Source: an uncultured bacterium (GTDB taxonomy: Bacteria; Oederibacteriota; PGYV01; CAWJRG01). From it: a stretch of 64,000 nucleotides of DNA. Each line of letters opens with the position of its first letter. The first letter of the stretch is position 1. The stretch spans positions 192,001 through 256,000 of the forward strand of contig CAWJRG010000009.1 in assembly GCA_963845185.1 (NCBI GenBank), written 5' to 3'. The translations under genes and the position numbers were made by a program. The notes under the pieces were generated by a model. The model did no database searches. It was not told the origin of the DNA and was given only the letters and a program-made list of their open reading frames with translations. Below are positions 41,337 to 52,419 of the stretch, one piece after another.

Positions 41337-42400
41337 ATGAAAAAGTTATGGTTGTTAATCATATTAATTTTGATTGCAACTGCACCGGCGTGGGGCCGGA
41401 CACCGAAAATGGCGGCGGCACCAAATTCATTGTGTCCGCCGATTATTTCAGACACATACATTTCGTGGACTGCCGAAGGGTATGATTTTGGGTCTTATGA
41501 TGGAACTAATTTTTGGATATTAATTATTATGATAATACTTTATTTAAAATAAGCAGTACTGGAACTTTATTGGCTACTTATAATAATATTTCACCTACTT
41601 CACAGTCAGTAGCATCGGATGGAATTTATGTATGGATAGGAGATGTGGACAAGCTGGGAACTTTACAGAAATTCAGTATAGCAACGGGGCAAATTGTGGC
41701 AAATTATCATTTTAATTTTCATAAAAATACCCCCAATTCGTTCAACGGATTTAACCATATTATATGGGATGGTTCTTACCTGTGGCTTGCGCCTGTTATA
41801 GCCCAAAGTTTAATACCGCCTGGTGGGCAATATGTTTATAAATTTAATACAACTACAAATGCTATTGATATGACAGTTACAGTAGGCAATAATCCATGTC
41901 CGCCGGTAAATTTATTGGCTTATACAGTATATAATGGGCAAAAAATTATTTTAGGCGCAAGGAGTAATGATTTTATTGAAATAAATGCCGACACTGGCGC
42001 AACCACGGGTTTTGCAAGTATTGACCCGGGAGATTATCACGCTGTAGCAAGCGACGGCACTTATGTTTATGAAGCTGATTTTTTCGCAAAACAGGTTGTA
42101 AAATATAATTTCTCCAACGGTTCCTGTATTGCTTCGTGGGCGACAGATGGCTGGCCAAATGAAATTGCCTGGGATGGAAATTACATATGGACAAGTAATA
42201 TAAGTAATACTGCAGGGGCAAATTATTTTAATGTGGATATATTTGATACTAAAGGGAATAAAATATGCAATTTAAACAAGGGAGCGACAACTGATATTGT
42301 AAATGGCAATGGTTCAATGTGGGGTGTGGGAGTTTATGACATTTATCAAATAGGATTGCCGGCAACGCCGACGAAAAGCGGAAAGAAAGCAGACGGGTGA
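41337..42400 (+). CDS. Secreted beta-propeller protein (YncE/Vgb-like), frameshift near 41519
   Basis: Signal peptide ORF plus repeats YDGTNFW, SDGIYVW, WDGSYLW, SDGTYVY, WDGNYIW across the frame break. Confidence 0.65.
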
Positions 42401-42449
42401 GGAAACAGTGAAAACAGGAGTAAAAGAAACAAACAGGGAAAAGAGTTGC

Positions 42450-42947
42450 ATGCAAAAAACAAAATTCAAGGCGGGTTTGATTTATGCGGGAATAATGATA
42501 TTTTTATTTGTTTTTGGAGCCGGCATTCACGCGCAACAGGTTAGCTGGACGGAGAAAACAGCGAACGCGGCATGGAGCCCAAGGGATACTTTTATATCGC
42601 TGACTTATAATAATTTAATGTGGGTTATTGCGGGGCCTAATAATAATGATGTATGGAGTTCAGCTAATGGTATTAACTGGACACAAGTAACGCCGGCAGC
42701 GGCATTTCCTGCCAGAGGTGATTTATCGGGAGTTGTATTTAATAACGAGATGTGGGTCATAGCAGGTGGGGAAAATTATAATGACGCGTGGTATTCTTCT
42801 GATGGCGCAAACTGGAATGAAGCTACTGCAAGTGCGGCTTTTTCCGGAAGGGGATACCATACCAGCGTGGTATATAACAATGCCATGTGGGTAATAGCAG
42901 GATATAACGGAACTAACAGTTTCACTGATGTATGGTGGGGGCAATAG
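42450..42947 (+). CDS. Secreted Kelch-like repeat fragment
   Basis: Signal peptide then about 3 repeats of W...TA.AAF..R....VV.NN.MWVIAG...NDVW.S.DG; too short for a full propeller. Confidence 0.65.
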   Translation: MQKTKFKAGLIYAGIMIFLFVFGAGIHAQQVSWTEKTANAAWSPRDTFISLTYNNLMWVIAGPNNNDVWSSANGINWTQVTPAAAFPARGDLSGVVFNNEMWVIAGGENYNDAWYSSDGANWNEATASAAFSGRGYHTSVVYNNAMWVIAGYNGTNSFTDVWWGQ

Positions 42948-42971
42948 GCAGTAAAATAAGAGTGATAGGCG

Positions 42972-43078
42972 TAATGGGGTAAGGGGCAAGTGGGAAGGGG
43001 TAAGTAGATTTTGGACTGAAAAATCAGAAATCAGCAGCAATTGATAATTTGTAGATGTTGATAATTGAAAATTAATGA
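42972..43078. repeat. Degenerate heptamer tracts
   Basis: GGGGTAAGGGGCAAGTGGGAAGGGGTAAG; AAATCAGAAATCAG; AATTGAT...AATTGAAAATTAAT. Confidence 0.5.
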
Positions 43079-43086
43079 AAAAATCC

Positions 43087-43240
43087 TTGACATATTTTTG
43101 TCCGTGGTATATAAAATAATAGAAGTAAATAAAGATTAAGAGATTCCTTTAAACTGGCCCTGCGAGGCCAATAAGGAGAATATGAATGATAATAATATGC
43201 CTTCTTACTGCAACTTGCAGGAGAAGGCTTTTTTGTTTTA
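43087..43240 (+). promoter_or_regulatory. pyr promoter and PyrR-binding attenuator
   Basis: TTGACA-17-TATAAA; CCTTTAA...TGGCC-CTGCGA-GGCCA...AAGG binding loop; GCCTTCT/AGAAGGC terminator plus T-tract. Confidence 0.85.
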
Positions 43241-43250
43241 TGAATTAAAT

Positions 43251-43278
43251 GTAGAGACACGCCATGGCGTGTCTCTAC
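43251..43278. repeat. GTAG-type REP palindrome
   Basis: Identical to 4218-4245. Confidence 0.85.
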
Positions 43279-43303
43279 CAAGAATTATGTGGAGGCGATA
43301 AAT

Positions 43304-43858
43304 ATGGACGATAAAAACCTTAAGATAAAGACCGAGCTTCTGGACAAGGAAGGCATAGACAGGGCTTTGACCCGCATTGCGCATGAGATAATAGAAAAAA
43401 ACAAAGGCGCGGCAAATGTGGTGATTATAGGCGTAAGGCACAGGGGGGATATACTCGCAAAGAGGATAGCTGAAAAAATATTCCAGATAGAAAAAGTCAA
43501 GATACCTGTGGGCGCGCTTGACATCACTTTTTACCGGGACGATTTTGACATTAAAAACAAGGTAGAGGTGACCCAGACAGATTTGCCTTTCGGGATAAAC
43601 GGCAAGGATATCATACTTGTGGATGACGTGCTGTTTACAGGCAGGACAGCCAGGGCAGCAATGGACGCCCTGATTGACTACGGCAGGCCGAAATCCATAC
43701 AGCTTGCTGTCCTGATTGACCGCGGTCACAGGGAACTGCCGATACAGGCAAATTATATAGGCAAAAACGTGCCGACTTCCTCAAAGGAAGAGATAATCCT
43801 GGAGCTTAAAGACGGCGGCGAAGAAAAGGTTATGATAGCTGAAAAAACTGGACGATAA
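43304..43858 (+). CDS. pyrR: Pyrimidine operon attenuation protein / UPRTase
   Basis: [37 protein letters not shown]. Confidence 0.97.
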   Translation: MDDKNLKIKTELLDKEGIDRALTRIAHEIIEKNKGAANVVIIGVRHRGDILAKRIAEKIFQIEKVKIPVGALDITFYRDDFDIKNKVEVTQTDLPFGINGKDIILVDDVLFTGRTARAAMDALIDYGRPKSIQLAVLIDRGHRELPIQANYIGKNVPTSSKEEIILELKDGGEEKVMIAEKTGR

Positions 43859-43957
43859 GTACCGCTTGTCCTCGGCCTGAGGCCTCGGACTTGAACGGGT
43901 ACAAGATTCCGTAAGATTTTGCCTTCGTTGTTGATACTCGGCAAAATCAACGGACTC
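43859..43957 (+). repeat. About 100-nt two-hairpin element, copy 2
   Basis: Fills the pyrR-pyrB gap up to the RBS; homologous to 21410-21510. Confidence 0.85.
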
Positions 43958-43973
43958 TAAGGAGGAATATAAA

Positions 43974-44906
43974 ATGCCTTTAAAACATTTAATCGGGCTT
44001 GAAGAAGTATCAAAGGAAGACATACTTACAATACTCAATTTGGCCAAATCCTTTAAAGAGGTCATGCTGAGACCTGTAAAAAAAGTGCCGACTTTGCGAG
44101 GTAAGACAGTCGTGAATATGTTTTTTGAGCCGAGCACTAGGACAAGGACATCTTTTGAGATAGCGGCAAAGCGCCTGTCTGCCGATGTTTTGAACCTGGC
44201 TATATCAACCAGCTCGGTGGTAAAGGGTGAGACACTTCTTGATACAGTGCAGACTATAGAGGCCATGCAGATAGACATGGTGGTCATCAGGCACGGTGTG
44301 TCCGGAGTGCCGCTTATGCTGAGCAAAAAGATAAAGTCGTCAGTGATAAACGCAGGGGACGGAATGCACGAGCACCCTACGCAGGGCCTGCTCGACATGT
44401 TTACCATCATGGAAAAGAAAAAGAAAATAGAGGGGCTTGACGTGGCAATAATAGGAGACATCACGCATTCCCGCGTGGCGCGGTCAAACATTTGGGGACT
44501 TACAAAACTCGGCGCTAAGGTGCGGGTTATCGGCCCGCCGACCCTGATACCAAGGGACGTGGAAAAACTGGGCGTAAAAGTTTACTTTGATTTAAAAGAA
44601 GGAATCAAGGACATGGATGTTATAAATATACTGAGGATACAGCTTGAGCGCCAGAAGAAAAACCTTTTCCCGACCACAAGGGAATACGCAATGCTTTTCG
44701 GCATAAACACGACAAAGTTAAAATATGCGAAACCGGACTGCATGGTCATGCACCCCGGGCCGATGAACAGGGGGCTTGAAATATCGCCGAACGTGGCAGA
44801 CGGCAAGCAATCCGTAATAAACGAGCAGGTTACAAACGGCGTGGCTGTGAGGATGGCTGTGCTGTACCTGCTGGCTGGAGGTAAAAAAGATGAAATTATT
44901 GATTAA
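43974..44906 (+). CDS. pyrB: Aspartate carbamoyltransferase catalytic subunit
   Basis: [30 protein letters not shown]. Confidence 0.98.
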   Translation: MPLKHLIGLEEVSKEDILTILNLAKSFKEVMLRPVKKVPTLRGKTVVNMFFEPSTRTRTSFEIAAKRLSADVLNLAISTSSVVKGETLLDTVQTIEAMQIDMVVIRHGVSGVPLMLSKKIKSSVINAGDGMHEHPTQGLLDMFTIMEKKKKIEGLDVAIIGDITHSRVARSNIWGLTKLGAKVRVIGPPTLIPRDVEKLGVKVYFDLKEGIKDMDVINILRIQLERQKKNLFPTTREYAMLFGINTTKLKYAKPDCMVMHPGPMNRGLEISPNVADGKQSVINEQVTNGVAVRMAVLYLLAGGKKDEIID

Positions 44907-46164
44907 GAACGGACATGTTGTTGACCCGGCAAATAAAATTGAAGAGACGCTTGATGTACTTGTAAATAACGGCAAAATAGCGAAAATAGGCAAAAGCATA
45001 TCCGACAAAGAAGCAAAAGTTATTGACGCGAAAGGCCTCGTGGTGACGCCGGGTTTTATAGAGATGCACGCGCATTTCAGGGAGCCCGGGTTTGAATACA
45101 AGGAAACCATTGAAACAGGCTCGCGGGCAGCTGTAAAAGGAGGCTATACCACGGTTTGCTGCATGCCCAACACAAACCCTGCGATTGACAACCAGGCAAT
45201 GGTTGAATTCATAAACATGAAATCAAAGCAGGTGGGGCTGATTGACGTGCTTGCAATCGGAACAATAACAAAGGCAAGGTCGGGCGAAGAACTGGCGCCA
45301 ATAGGCGAGCTTTTCAAGGCAGGCGCAGTGGCTATATCAGATGACGGCTCGACCGTGATGAACGCGGAGATTTTAAGGCGCGCGCTTGAATACTGCAAAA
45401 TGTTTAATATACCGGTCATAGAACACTGTGAGGATAAAAACCTTACAGTGGAAGGAATGATGAACGAGGGATATTATTCAACGTTGCTTGGCCTGAAAGG
45501 CATACCGCAGGCAGCGGAAGAGACGATTGTCGCGCGTGATATCATAATAGCAAAAGAAACAGGCGGCAAGCTGCACATAGCCCATGTGTCAACAGCAGGT
45601 TCAATTGATCTTATAAAAAACGCCAAGAACAACGGTATTAACGTGACTGCCGAAACAGCGCCGCATTATTTTACGCTTGACGACTCCATGCTCACTGGTT
45701 ATGAGACGAATTTCAAGATGAACCCTCCCTTACGCAGCAAAGAAGACGTAAAGGCCATTAAAAAAGCGTTAAAGGATGGCACCATAGATGCAATAGCCAC
45801 GGACCACGCGCCTCACGCTGAGCTTGACAAGGATCTCGAGTTCACTCTCGCGGCTTTTGGGATAATCGGGCTTGAGACAGCATTACCTCTGATAATAGAG
45901 GAACTCGTGAAGCCAAAGGTGCTTACTATGAGCCAGGCAATTGCAAAAATTACGATAAACCCGGCTAAAATTTTAAATCTAAATAAAGGCACATTGTCAG
46001 AGGGCGCGGACGCGGATATAACAATATTTGACCCTGATAAAAAAGTGATAATTAACGAGGAGTTTTTCGCTGGCCAGTCATCTAATTCGCCGTTTCTTGG
46101 CAAGGAACTGACTGGAAGCGTGGAATGTGTAATTAAAGGCGGGAAAGTGGTGTACGAAGTATGA
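44890..46164 (+). CDS. pyrC: Dihydroorotase
   Basis: [27 protein letters not shown]. Confidence 0.97.
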   Translation: MKLLIKNGHVVDPANKIEETLDVLVNNGKIAKIGKSISDKEAKVIDAKGLVVTPGFIEMHAHFREPGFEYKETIETGSRAAVKGGYTTVCCMPNTNPAIDNQAMVEFINMKSKQVGLIDVLAIGTITKARSGEELAPIGELFKAGAVAISDDGSTVMNAEILRRALEYCKMFNIPVIEHCEDKNLTVEGMMNEGYYSTLLGLKGIPQAAEETIVARDIIIAKETGGKLHIAHVSTAGSIDLIKNAKNNGINVTAETAPHYFTLDDSMLTGYETNFKMNPPLRSKEDVKAIKKALKDGTIDAIATDHAPHAELDKDLEFTLAAFGIIGLETALPLIIEELVKPKVLTMSQAIAKITINPAKILNLNKGTLSEGADADITIFDPDKKVIINEEFFAGQSSNSPFLGKELTGSVECVIKGGKVVYEV

Positions 46165-47315
46165 AACGCGCAATGCTGATGCTGGAAGACGGCACATGCT
46201 TTGAAGGAATATCTGCCGGGGCAGAAGCCGAAGCATACGGCGAGATAGTTTTTAATACATCCATGACAGGTTATCAGGAAATATTGACCGACCCGTCATA
46301 CAAGGGCCAGATTGTGACCATGACCTATACTGAAATCGGAAACTATGGATTTAATGAATCCGATGTTGAGTCAACAGGGCCTAAAGTCGAAGGCTTTGTG
46401 ATGAAAGAAATAAGCAAAATTTCAAGCAACTGGCGTTCCGTAGGCACGCTTGATGAGTATTTGAAAAAATATAATATCCCGACTATAGAGGGCATAGACA
46501 CAAGGGCGCTTACCAGGCATATAAGGGATTTTGGCGCGATGAAAAGCGTGCTTTCGGCAATTGACCACGACAAAAAATCCCTGCTTAAAAAAGTAAAAGA
46601 ATCACAGTCAATTGTAGGCATTGACCTCGCGAAAACCGTAACCACAAAAAATGAATACACCTGGAAAAAAGAGGATACTTTAAAGCGCCTGGGAATAATG
46701 AGCAATGAAGAAAAATACTTAAAAATATGGGATAACCAAAAGGCTTTTAAGGTTGTCGCGCTTGACGTAGGAATCAAGTTTGAGATTTTAAGGATATTGA
46801 CCGAGCTTAACTGCGAAGTCACCGTTGTACCTGCCTCGACTACAGCAGAAAGGATACTCGAAATAAACCCTGATGGTATATTTTTGTCAAACGGCCCAGG
46901 CGACCCTGAAGGCGTGCCTTATGCGGCAGAAACAATAAAAAAACTGCTCGGCAAAAAGCCGATATTCGGCATTTGCTTCGGGCACCAGTTCCTGGCTCTT
47001 GCGCTCGGCGGCAAAACATACAAAATGAAATTCGGCCACAGGGGAGCAAACCACCCTGTCATGGATTTAAGCACAAAGAAAATAGACATTACAGTGCAGA
47101 ACCATGGATTCGCAGTCGACCCTGAGTCGCTGAAGAACTTGAAATACAAGGTCAATGTTACACATATTAACTTAAACGACAAGACAAACGAGGGCCTCGA
47201 AGTGCCGGAGATAAAAGCTTTTTCCATACAGCATCATCCCGAAGCTTCGGCAGGCCCGCACGACGCGAGGTATATATTTAATAAGTTTATAAAGAATATG
47301 AGTGATTCGATTTAA
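46161..47315 (+). CDS. carA: Carbamoyl-phosphate synthase small chain
   Basis: FNTSMTGYQE, SNGPGDP, GICFGHQ, QHHPEA. Confidence 0.98.
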   Translation: MKRAMLMLEDGTCFEGISAGAEAEAYGEIVFNTSMTGYQEILTDPSYKGQIVTMTYTEIGNYGFNESDVESTGPKVEGFVMKEISKISSNWRSVGTLDEYLKKYNIPTIEGIDTRALTRHIRDFGAMKSVLSAIDHDKKSLLKKVKESQSIVGIDLAKTVTTKNEYTWKKEDTLKRLGIMSNEEKYLKIWDNQKAFKVVALDVGIKFEILRILTELNCEVTVVPASTTAERILEINPDGIFLSNGPGDPEGVPYAAETIKKLLGKKPIFGICFGHQFLALALGGKTYKMKFGHRGANHPVMDLSTKKIDITVQNHGFAVDPESLKNLKYKVNVTHINLNDKTNEGLEVPEIKAFSIQHHPEASAGPHDARYIFNKFIKNMSDSI

Positions 47316-47331
47316 ATTATAGGAGTGTATT

Positions 47332-50300
47332 ATGCCGAAAAGGACGGATATAAAAAAGATTTTGTTGATTGGCTCCGGGCCAATAATCATTGGCCAGGCG
47401 TGCGAGTTTGACTATTCAGGCACGCAAGCGTGCAAAGCCCTGAAAGAAGAAGGGTATCAGGTTGTGCTTGTGAATTCAAACCCTGCCACTATAATGACCG
47501 ACCCTGAATTTGCCGATGCTACCTACATAGAGCCTTTAACCGTGGAAGTGCTTGAAAAAATAATAGAAAAGGAAAGGCCGGACTGCCTGCTTCCGACAAT
47601 TGGCGGACAGACAGGGCTTAATTTGGCGTCCGAGCTTGTGGAAAAAGGCGTGACCGCAAAATACAATGTCGAGTTAATCGGCGCGAAATTCGAAGCCATA
47701 AAAAAGGCGGAAGACAGGCAGGAATTCAAGGAAGCAATGAAAAAAATCGGGCTTGATGTGCCTAATTCGGAATATGTATCAAACATGGATGAGGCCTTAA
47801 AGGCAGTAGAAAAAATAAAATTTCCCACAATAATAAGGCCTGCGTTTACGCTCGGAGGTACAGGCGGCGGCATTGCCTATAACATGGAGGAGTTCAAGGA
47901 AAAAGTCTTTGTAGGCATGAAGGATTCGCCCATCGGCAAGGTTTTACTTGAAGAATCAGTAATTGGCTGGAAAGAATATGAACTCGAGGTCATGAGGGAC
48001 TTAAAAGACAATGTGGTCATAATATGCTCCATAGAGAATTTTGACCCTATGGGCGTTCACACAGGTGATTCCATAACGGTCGCTCCTGCACAGACTTTGA
48101 CTGACAGGGAATACCAGCTTATGAGGGACGCGGCAATTAAGATAATAAGGGAGATTGGAGTGGATACCGGCGGGTCAAATATACAGTTTGCGGTAAACCC
48201 GGACGACGGCAAGATGGTTGTTATTGAAATGAACCCGAGGGTTTCACGTTCATCTGCGCTTGCTTCAAAAGCTACAGGGTTCCCGATTGCCAAGATAGCG
48301 GCAAAGCTCGCTGTGGGATATACACTGGATGAAATACCCAACGACATTACAAAATACACGCCTGCTTCTTTTGAGCCCACGCTCGACTATGTGGTAGTAA
48401 AGATTCCCCGCTTTACCTTTGAGAAGTTCAAGGATACAAAGGACTTGCTCGGGGTGCAGATGAAATCGGTCGGGGAAGTCATGTCAATAGGCAGGACTTT
48501 CAAGGAATCTTTCCAGAAGGCACTGCGTTCGCTTGAAATAGGAAGGTACGGCTGGGGCGCGGACGGCAAGGACCTTGATTTGAATTCTCTGACGATAGAA
48601 GACATAAAAATGAAGCTTCAGCAGCCGAATTCTGCAAGGATTTTTTATCTGAAATACGCCATGCAAAAAGGCATGACAAACGACGAGATTTATAACTTAT
48701 CAAAAATAGACAAATGGTTCTTGCGTAACTTAAGGGAAATAATTGATTTTGAAAAAGAGCTTTTTGACGCGAAAGAGAAACTGGGCAAGATAACAAAAGA
48801 AAATATAAGCAGTTTTAAGACTGTCTTTAAAAAGGCAAAAGAATACGGTTTTTCCGACTTCCAGCTGGGTAAAATTTTTGGAATGAAAGAAGACGACATC
48901 AGGAAGGCAAGGAAAAAACTGAAAATAAAGCCGGTTTACAAGGTCGTTGACACATGCGCCTCAGAATTCAAGGCATATACCCCTTATCTTTATTCGACCT
49001 ATGAAGCTGAAAATGAGAACCCAATAGCTGAAAAGAAAAAGGCAGTGATTCTGGGCGGCGGGCCAAACAGGATAGGACAGGGCATTGAGTTTGATTATTG
49101 CTGCGTGCACGGGGTTTTCGCCCTGCGCGAGGAAGGTTTCGAAGTATCAATGGTCAACTGCAACCCTGAAACAGTGAGCACGGATTACGACACATCAGAC
49201 AAGCTTTATTTTGAGCCGCTCACAATGGAAGACGTGATGAATATCGCGGACGAGGAAGGCAAGGATACTGGCTTTATCGTGCAGTTCGGAGGCCAGACAC
49301 CTTTGAAGCTCGCAATGCCTCTGCTCAGGAAAAAAGTAAAGGTAATGGGCACGTCACCTGTGTCAATAGACATAGCCGAAGACAGGAAAAAATTCGACAA
49401 AATCCTGAAAAAATTAAACATAACAAGGCCGGAAAACGGCACAGCTAAGTCCATAAAAGAAGCGCAAAAGATAATCAAAAAAATAGGATACCCTGCGCTT
49501 GTGAGGCCGTCTTACGTGCTTGGCGGCAGGGCAATGGAGATAGTTTATGACGATGAAACTTTTGACAAATTCATAAAAGAGGCGTTTATAGTATCTGAGG
49601 AGCACCCCATACTAATAGATAAATTTTTGGAAAATGCGGTTGAAATAGACGTGGACTGCGTATGCGACGGAAAAGAAGCAGTCATAGCAGGTATAATGGA
49701 GCATATTGAGGAGGCTGGCATACACTCCGGGGATTCAGCTTGCGTGCTACCGGCATTCACGATAAGGCAGGATTTGCTTGATAAAATAAAGGAATATACA
49801 TACAAGCTCGCAATCGAGTTAAAGGTAAAAGGCCTAATGAATACCCAGTACGCTATTAGGAACGATGTGGTTTATGTGCTTGAGGTAAACCCGCGCGCGT
49901 CCCGCACCGTGCCTTTTGTGAGCAAGGCTTCAGGAATACCATGGGCAAAAATTGCCACGAAAATAATGGCAGGGAAGACAATAAAAGAGCTTGGTGTAAA
50001 AGAAGTTAAGGAATACAAACATGTGGCTGTAAAGGAATCAGTGTTCCCGTTCAATAAATTTCCGGGCGTGGACGTTGTGCTCGGTCCTGAGATGAAATCC
50101 ACAGGAGAAGTCATGGGAATTGACATGGATTTTGGGCATGCATTTTACAAGGCGCAGCTTTCGGCAGGTCAAAAACTGCCGAGGGCAGGCAATGTTTTTA
50201 TCAGCGTCAAAAACAAGGATAAGCGCAGCGTTGTGTTTGTAGCTAAAAAGCTCGAGGATATGGGGTTTTCAATTGTGGCAACAGAAGGTACGGCAAATAC

Positions 50301-50583
50301 ACTTATCAAGACAGGCATTGCAGCTAAAAAAGTCTTAAAAGTACACGAAGGAAGGCCAAATATTACAGACATGATTAGGGACCGTCAGATAAACCTCATA
50401 ATAAATACGCCTGCGGGCAAGGGGCCAAGGAGCGATGATTACGAAATAAGGAGGCATGCGATACTTATGGGTGTGCCTTATACAACCACGCTGTCAGGAG
50501 CGCAGGCAATAGTTACTGCCATCGAGTCGGTGAAGAAAAAGGAAATAACGATAAAGAGCATACAGGAGTATTATAAACTATGA
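47332..50583 (+). CDS. carB: Carbamoyl-phosphate synthase large chain
   Basis: [29 protein letters not shown] domain. Confidence 0.99.
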   Translation: MPKRTDIKKILLIGSGPIIIGQACEFDYSGTQACKALKEEGYQVVLVNSNPATIMTDPEFADATYIEPLTVEVLEKIIEKERPDCLLPTIGGQTGLNLASELVEKGVTAKYNVELIGAKFEAIKKAEDRQEFKEAMKKIGLDVPNSEYVSNMDEALKAVEKIKFPTIIRPAFTLGGTGGGIAYNMEEFKEKVFVGMKDSPIGKVLLEESVIGWKEYELEVMRDLKDNVVIICSIENFDPMGVHTGDSITVAPAQTLTDREYQLMRDAAIKIIREIGVDTGGSNIQFAVNPDDGKMVVIEMNPRVSRSSALASKATGFPIAKIAAKLAVGYTLDEIPNDITKYTPASFEPTLDYVVVKIPRFTFEKFKDTKDLLGVQMKSVGEVMSIGRTFKESFQKALRSLEIGRYGWGADGKDLDLNSLTIEDIKMKLQQPNSARIFYLKYAMQKGMTNDEIYNLSKIDKWFLRNLREIIDFEKELFDAKEKLGKITKENISSFKTVFKKAKEYGFSDFQLGKIFGMKEDDIRKARKKLKIKPVYKVVDTCASEFKAYTPYLYSTYEAENENPIAEKKKAVILGGGPNRIGQGIEFDYCCVHGVFALREEGFEVSMVNCNPETVSTDYDTSDKLYFEPLTMEDVMNIADEEGKDTGFIVQFGGQTPLKLAMPLLRKKVKVMGTSPVSIDIAEDRKKFDKILKKLNITRPENGTAKSIKEAQKIIKKIGYPALVRPSYVLGGRAMEIVYDDETFDKFIKEAFIVSEEHPILIDKFLENAVEIDVDCVCDGKEAVIAGIMEHIEEAGIHSGDSACVLPAFTIRQDLLDKIKEYTYKLAIELKVKGLMNTQYAIRNDVVYVLEVNPRASRTVPFVSKASGIPWAKIATKIMAGKTIKELGVKEVKEYKHVAVKESVFPFNKFPGVDVVLGPEMKSTGEVMGIDMDFGHAFYKAQLSAGQKLPRAGNVFISVKNKDKRSVVFVAKKLEDMGFSIVATEGTANTLIKTGIAAKKVLKVHEGRPNITDMIRDRQINLIINTPAGKGPRSDDYEIRRHAILMGVPYTTTLSGAQAIVTAIESVKKKEITIKSIQEYYKL

Positions 50584-51344
50584 TTTATGACGCTAAAGTA
50601 ATTGTGAATGACAGGATTGCCGAAGAAATTTACTGGATGAAGTTGGACGCAGGCAAAAAGTTCAAAGCAAAGCCGGGGCAGTTCATTAATGTCCGTGTTA
50701 GCGACTCGTTTCAGCCGCTTTTGCGGCGTCCGTTTTCCGTATTTGATGTGAATGCCGGAAAGGTTGAGATTGTTTATAAGGTAGTCGGCGAAGCAACGCG
50801 TTTGCTCAGCATGAAAAATAATGGTAATATAGTGAATTTTATTGGCCCGTTAGGTAATCCATATCCGGTTTTTAACTCGGAACTCAAAACTCGAAACTCA
50901 AAACTGTTTTTAGCCGGCGGTGGAACAGGGATTGCGTCGCTGCATTTTTTGGCTAAAGCACTTAAAAAGAATAAAATAAAATTTATATTAATTCAGGGTG
51001 CGAAAAACAAGAAACAGGTAATATTACCAAAAGAATTTAAACAATTAGGCTGCGTTTTTGCGACAGATGACGGCAGTTTTGGGAAAAAAGGGTTCGTCAG
51101 TGACGCGCTGAAAGATATGGTCAAGGACAATACTATAATATACGCGTGCGGGCCAAAGCCCATGCTTCGCGCAATTAAAAAAATTGCGGCCTCAAAAAAG
51201 AACGTAAAAGCCCTGGCATCTTTTGAGGAATATATGGGCTGCGGCATAGGCGCATGCCTTTCATGCGTGGTGGATATAGGCGGGGAATACATAAGGGTAT
51301 GCAAGGAAGGTACGGTGTTTGAGCTCGATAAAATAAGTTTCTAG
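50580..51344 (+). CDS. pyrK: Dihydroorotate dehydrogenase electron transfer subunit
   Basis: [29 protein letters not shown]...RVCKEG. Confidence 0.95.
   Translation: MIYDAKVIVNDRIAEEIYWMKLDAGKKFKAKPGQFINVRVSDSFQPLLRRPFSVFDVNAGKVEIVYKVVGEATRLLSMKNNGNIVNFIGPLGNPYPVFNSELKTRNSKLFLAGGGTGIASLHFLAKALKKNKIKFILIQGAKNKKQVILPKEFKQLGCVFATDDGSFGKKGFVSDALKDMVKDNTIIYACGPKPMLRAIKKIAASKKNVKALASFEEYMGCGIGACLSCVVDIGGEYIRVCKEGTVFELDKISF
50874..50905. repeat. Heptamer repeat inside pyrK (AACTCRR)
   Basis: AACTCGG-AACTCAA-AACTCGA-AACTCAA-AACT, read as [11 protein letters not shown]. Confidence 0.7.
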
Positions 51345-51408
51345 TTTCTGGGTTTCTGGTTTCTTGTTGAAGACACTAGAAACAAGAGATTAGAAATTAG
51401 AAACAGGA
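51337..51408. repeat. Inverted heptamer array (GTTTCT[A/G] / TAGAAA[C/T])
   Basis: GTTTCTAGTTTCTGGGTTTCTGGTTTCTTG ... CTAGAAACAAGAGATTAGAAATTAGAAAC. Confidence 0.7.
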
Positions 51409-51419
51409 AAAAGAAACAA

Positions 51420-52337
51420 ATGAAAACACTAAACACAAAAGTTTCCATAGGTAGTCTTGAATTAAAAAATCCAGTAATGACCGCATCCGGCACATTCGGA
51501 TACGGCCTGGAATTCGAGAAATTCATAGACCTTAACAAGCTCGGCGCAATCATAGTAAAGGGGCTTTCTTTAAAACCTCAAAAAGGTAATAAGCCGCAGC
51601 GTGTTGTGGAGACGCCAGCTGGCATGCTTAACGCCATCGGGCTCCAAAATATAGGCGTTGACGCGTTTATAACCGAGAAAATGCCGAAACTGAAAAAATA
51701 CAGGACGCCTGTTATAGCGAACATTTACGGCACATGCTCTGATGAGTATATAAAAGTCGCGAAAAAATTGGACAATACCGATGTGGCAGGTATTGAGATT
51801 AATATATCATGCCCCAATGTCAAAAAGGGCGGGATGCAATTTGCCTCTGATAAAGAAACAATAAGCGCAATAATAAAAGGCGTAAAAAAGGTATATTCCA
51901 GAACAACAATAGTTAAACTCTCGCCAAATACAGGCAATATAGAAGAAATAGCGCGAATATGTGAGGGTGAAGGCGCAGACGCCGTGTCTTTAATAAATAC
52001 ACTCGTAGGTATGGCTATAGACATAAATACAAGAAAGCCGGTTCTTGCAAATACCTACGGCGGACTTTCAGGCCCTGCCATAAAGCCAGTCGCGCTTGCT
52101 ATGGTGCACAAGACAGCAAAAGCAGTCAGGATTCCTGTTATAGGCATAGGCGGGATTATGGATTATAAGGACGCTTTGGAATTCCTGATTGCAGGCGCAA
52201 AAGCAATCCAGGTAGGCACGGCGAATTTCGTGGACCCGAAGACAACAATAAAAATAATTGACGGCATTAAAAAGTACCTAAAAGATAATGATATAAAGGA
52301 TATTGATGATATAATAGGCTCAATTAAAGTTATATAA
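51420..52337 (+). CDS. pyrD: Dihydroorotate dehydrogenase family 1B catalytic subunit
   Basis: KNPVMTASGTFG, NISCPN, VKLSPN, GGLSGPAIKP. Confidence 0.97.
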   Translation: MKTLNTKVSIGSLELKNPVMTASGTFGYGLEFEKFIDLNKLGAIIVKGLSLKPQKGNKPQRVVETPAGMLNAIGLQNIGVDAFITEKMPKLKKYRTPVIANIYGTCSDEYIKVAKKLDNTDVAGIEINISCPNVKKGGMQFASDKETISAIIKGVKKVYSRTTIVKLSPNTGNIEEIARICEGEGADAVSLINTLVGMAIDINTRKPVLANTYGGLSGPAIKPVALAMVHKTAKAVRIPVIGIGGIMDYKDALEFLIAGAKAIQVGTANFVDPKTTIKIIDGIKKYLKDNDIKDIDDIIGSIKVI

Positions 52338-52353
52338 ATTTAGGACATCAAAG

Positions 52354-52382
52354 GTAGAGACGACCCGCCGGGTCGTCTCTAC
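52354..52382. repeat. GTAG-type REP palindrome
   Basis: GTAGAGACGACCC-GCC-GGGTCGTCTCTAC. Confidence 0.85.
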
Positions 52383-52419
52383 GGTAAATTATTGAATAAT
52401 ACAGGAGAGACTGCCGGAT

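Noticed and set aside
37600..43078. Integron cassette array or prophage
   Set aside because: No integrase, recognisable attC sites or phage genes
43859..43957. Second PyrR attenuator between pyrR and pyrB
   Set aside because: No PyrR loop consensus or U-tract terminator, and a homolog occurs in a non-pyrimidine context
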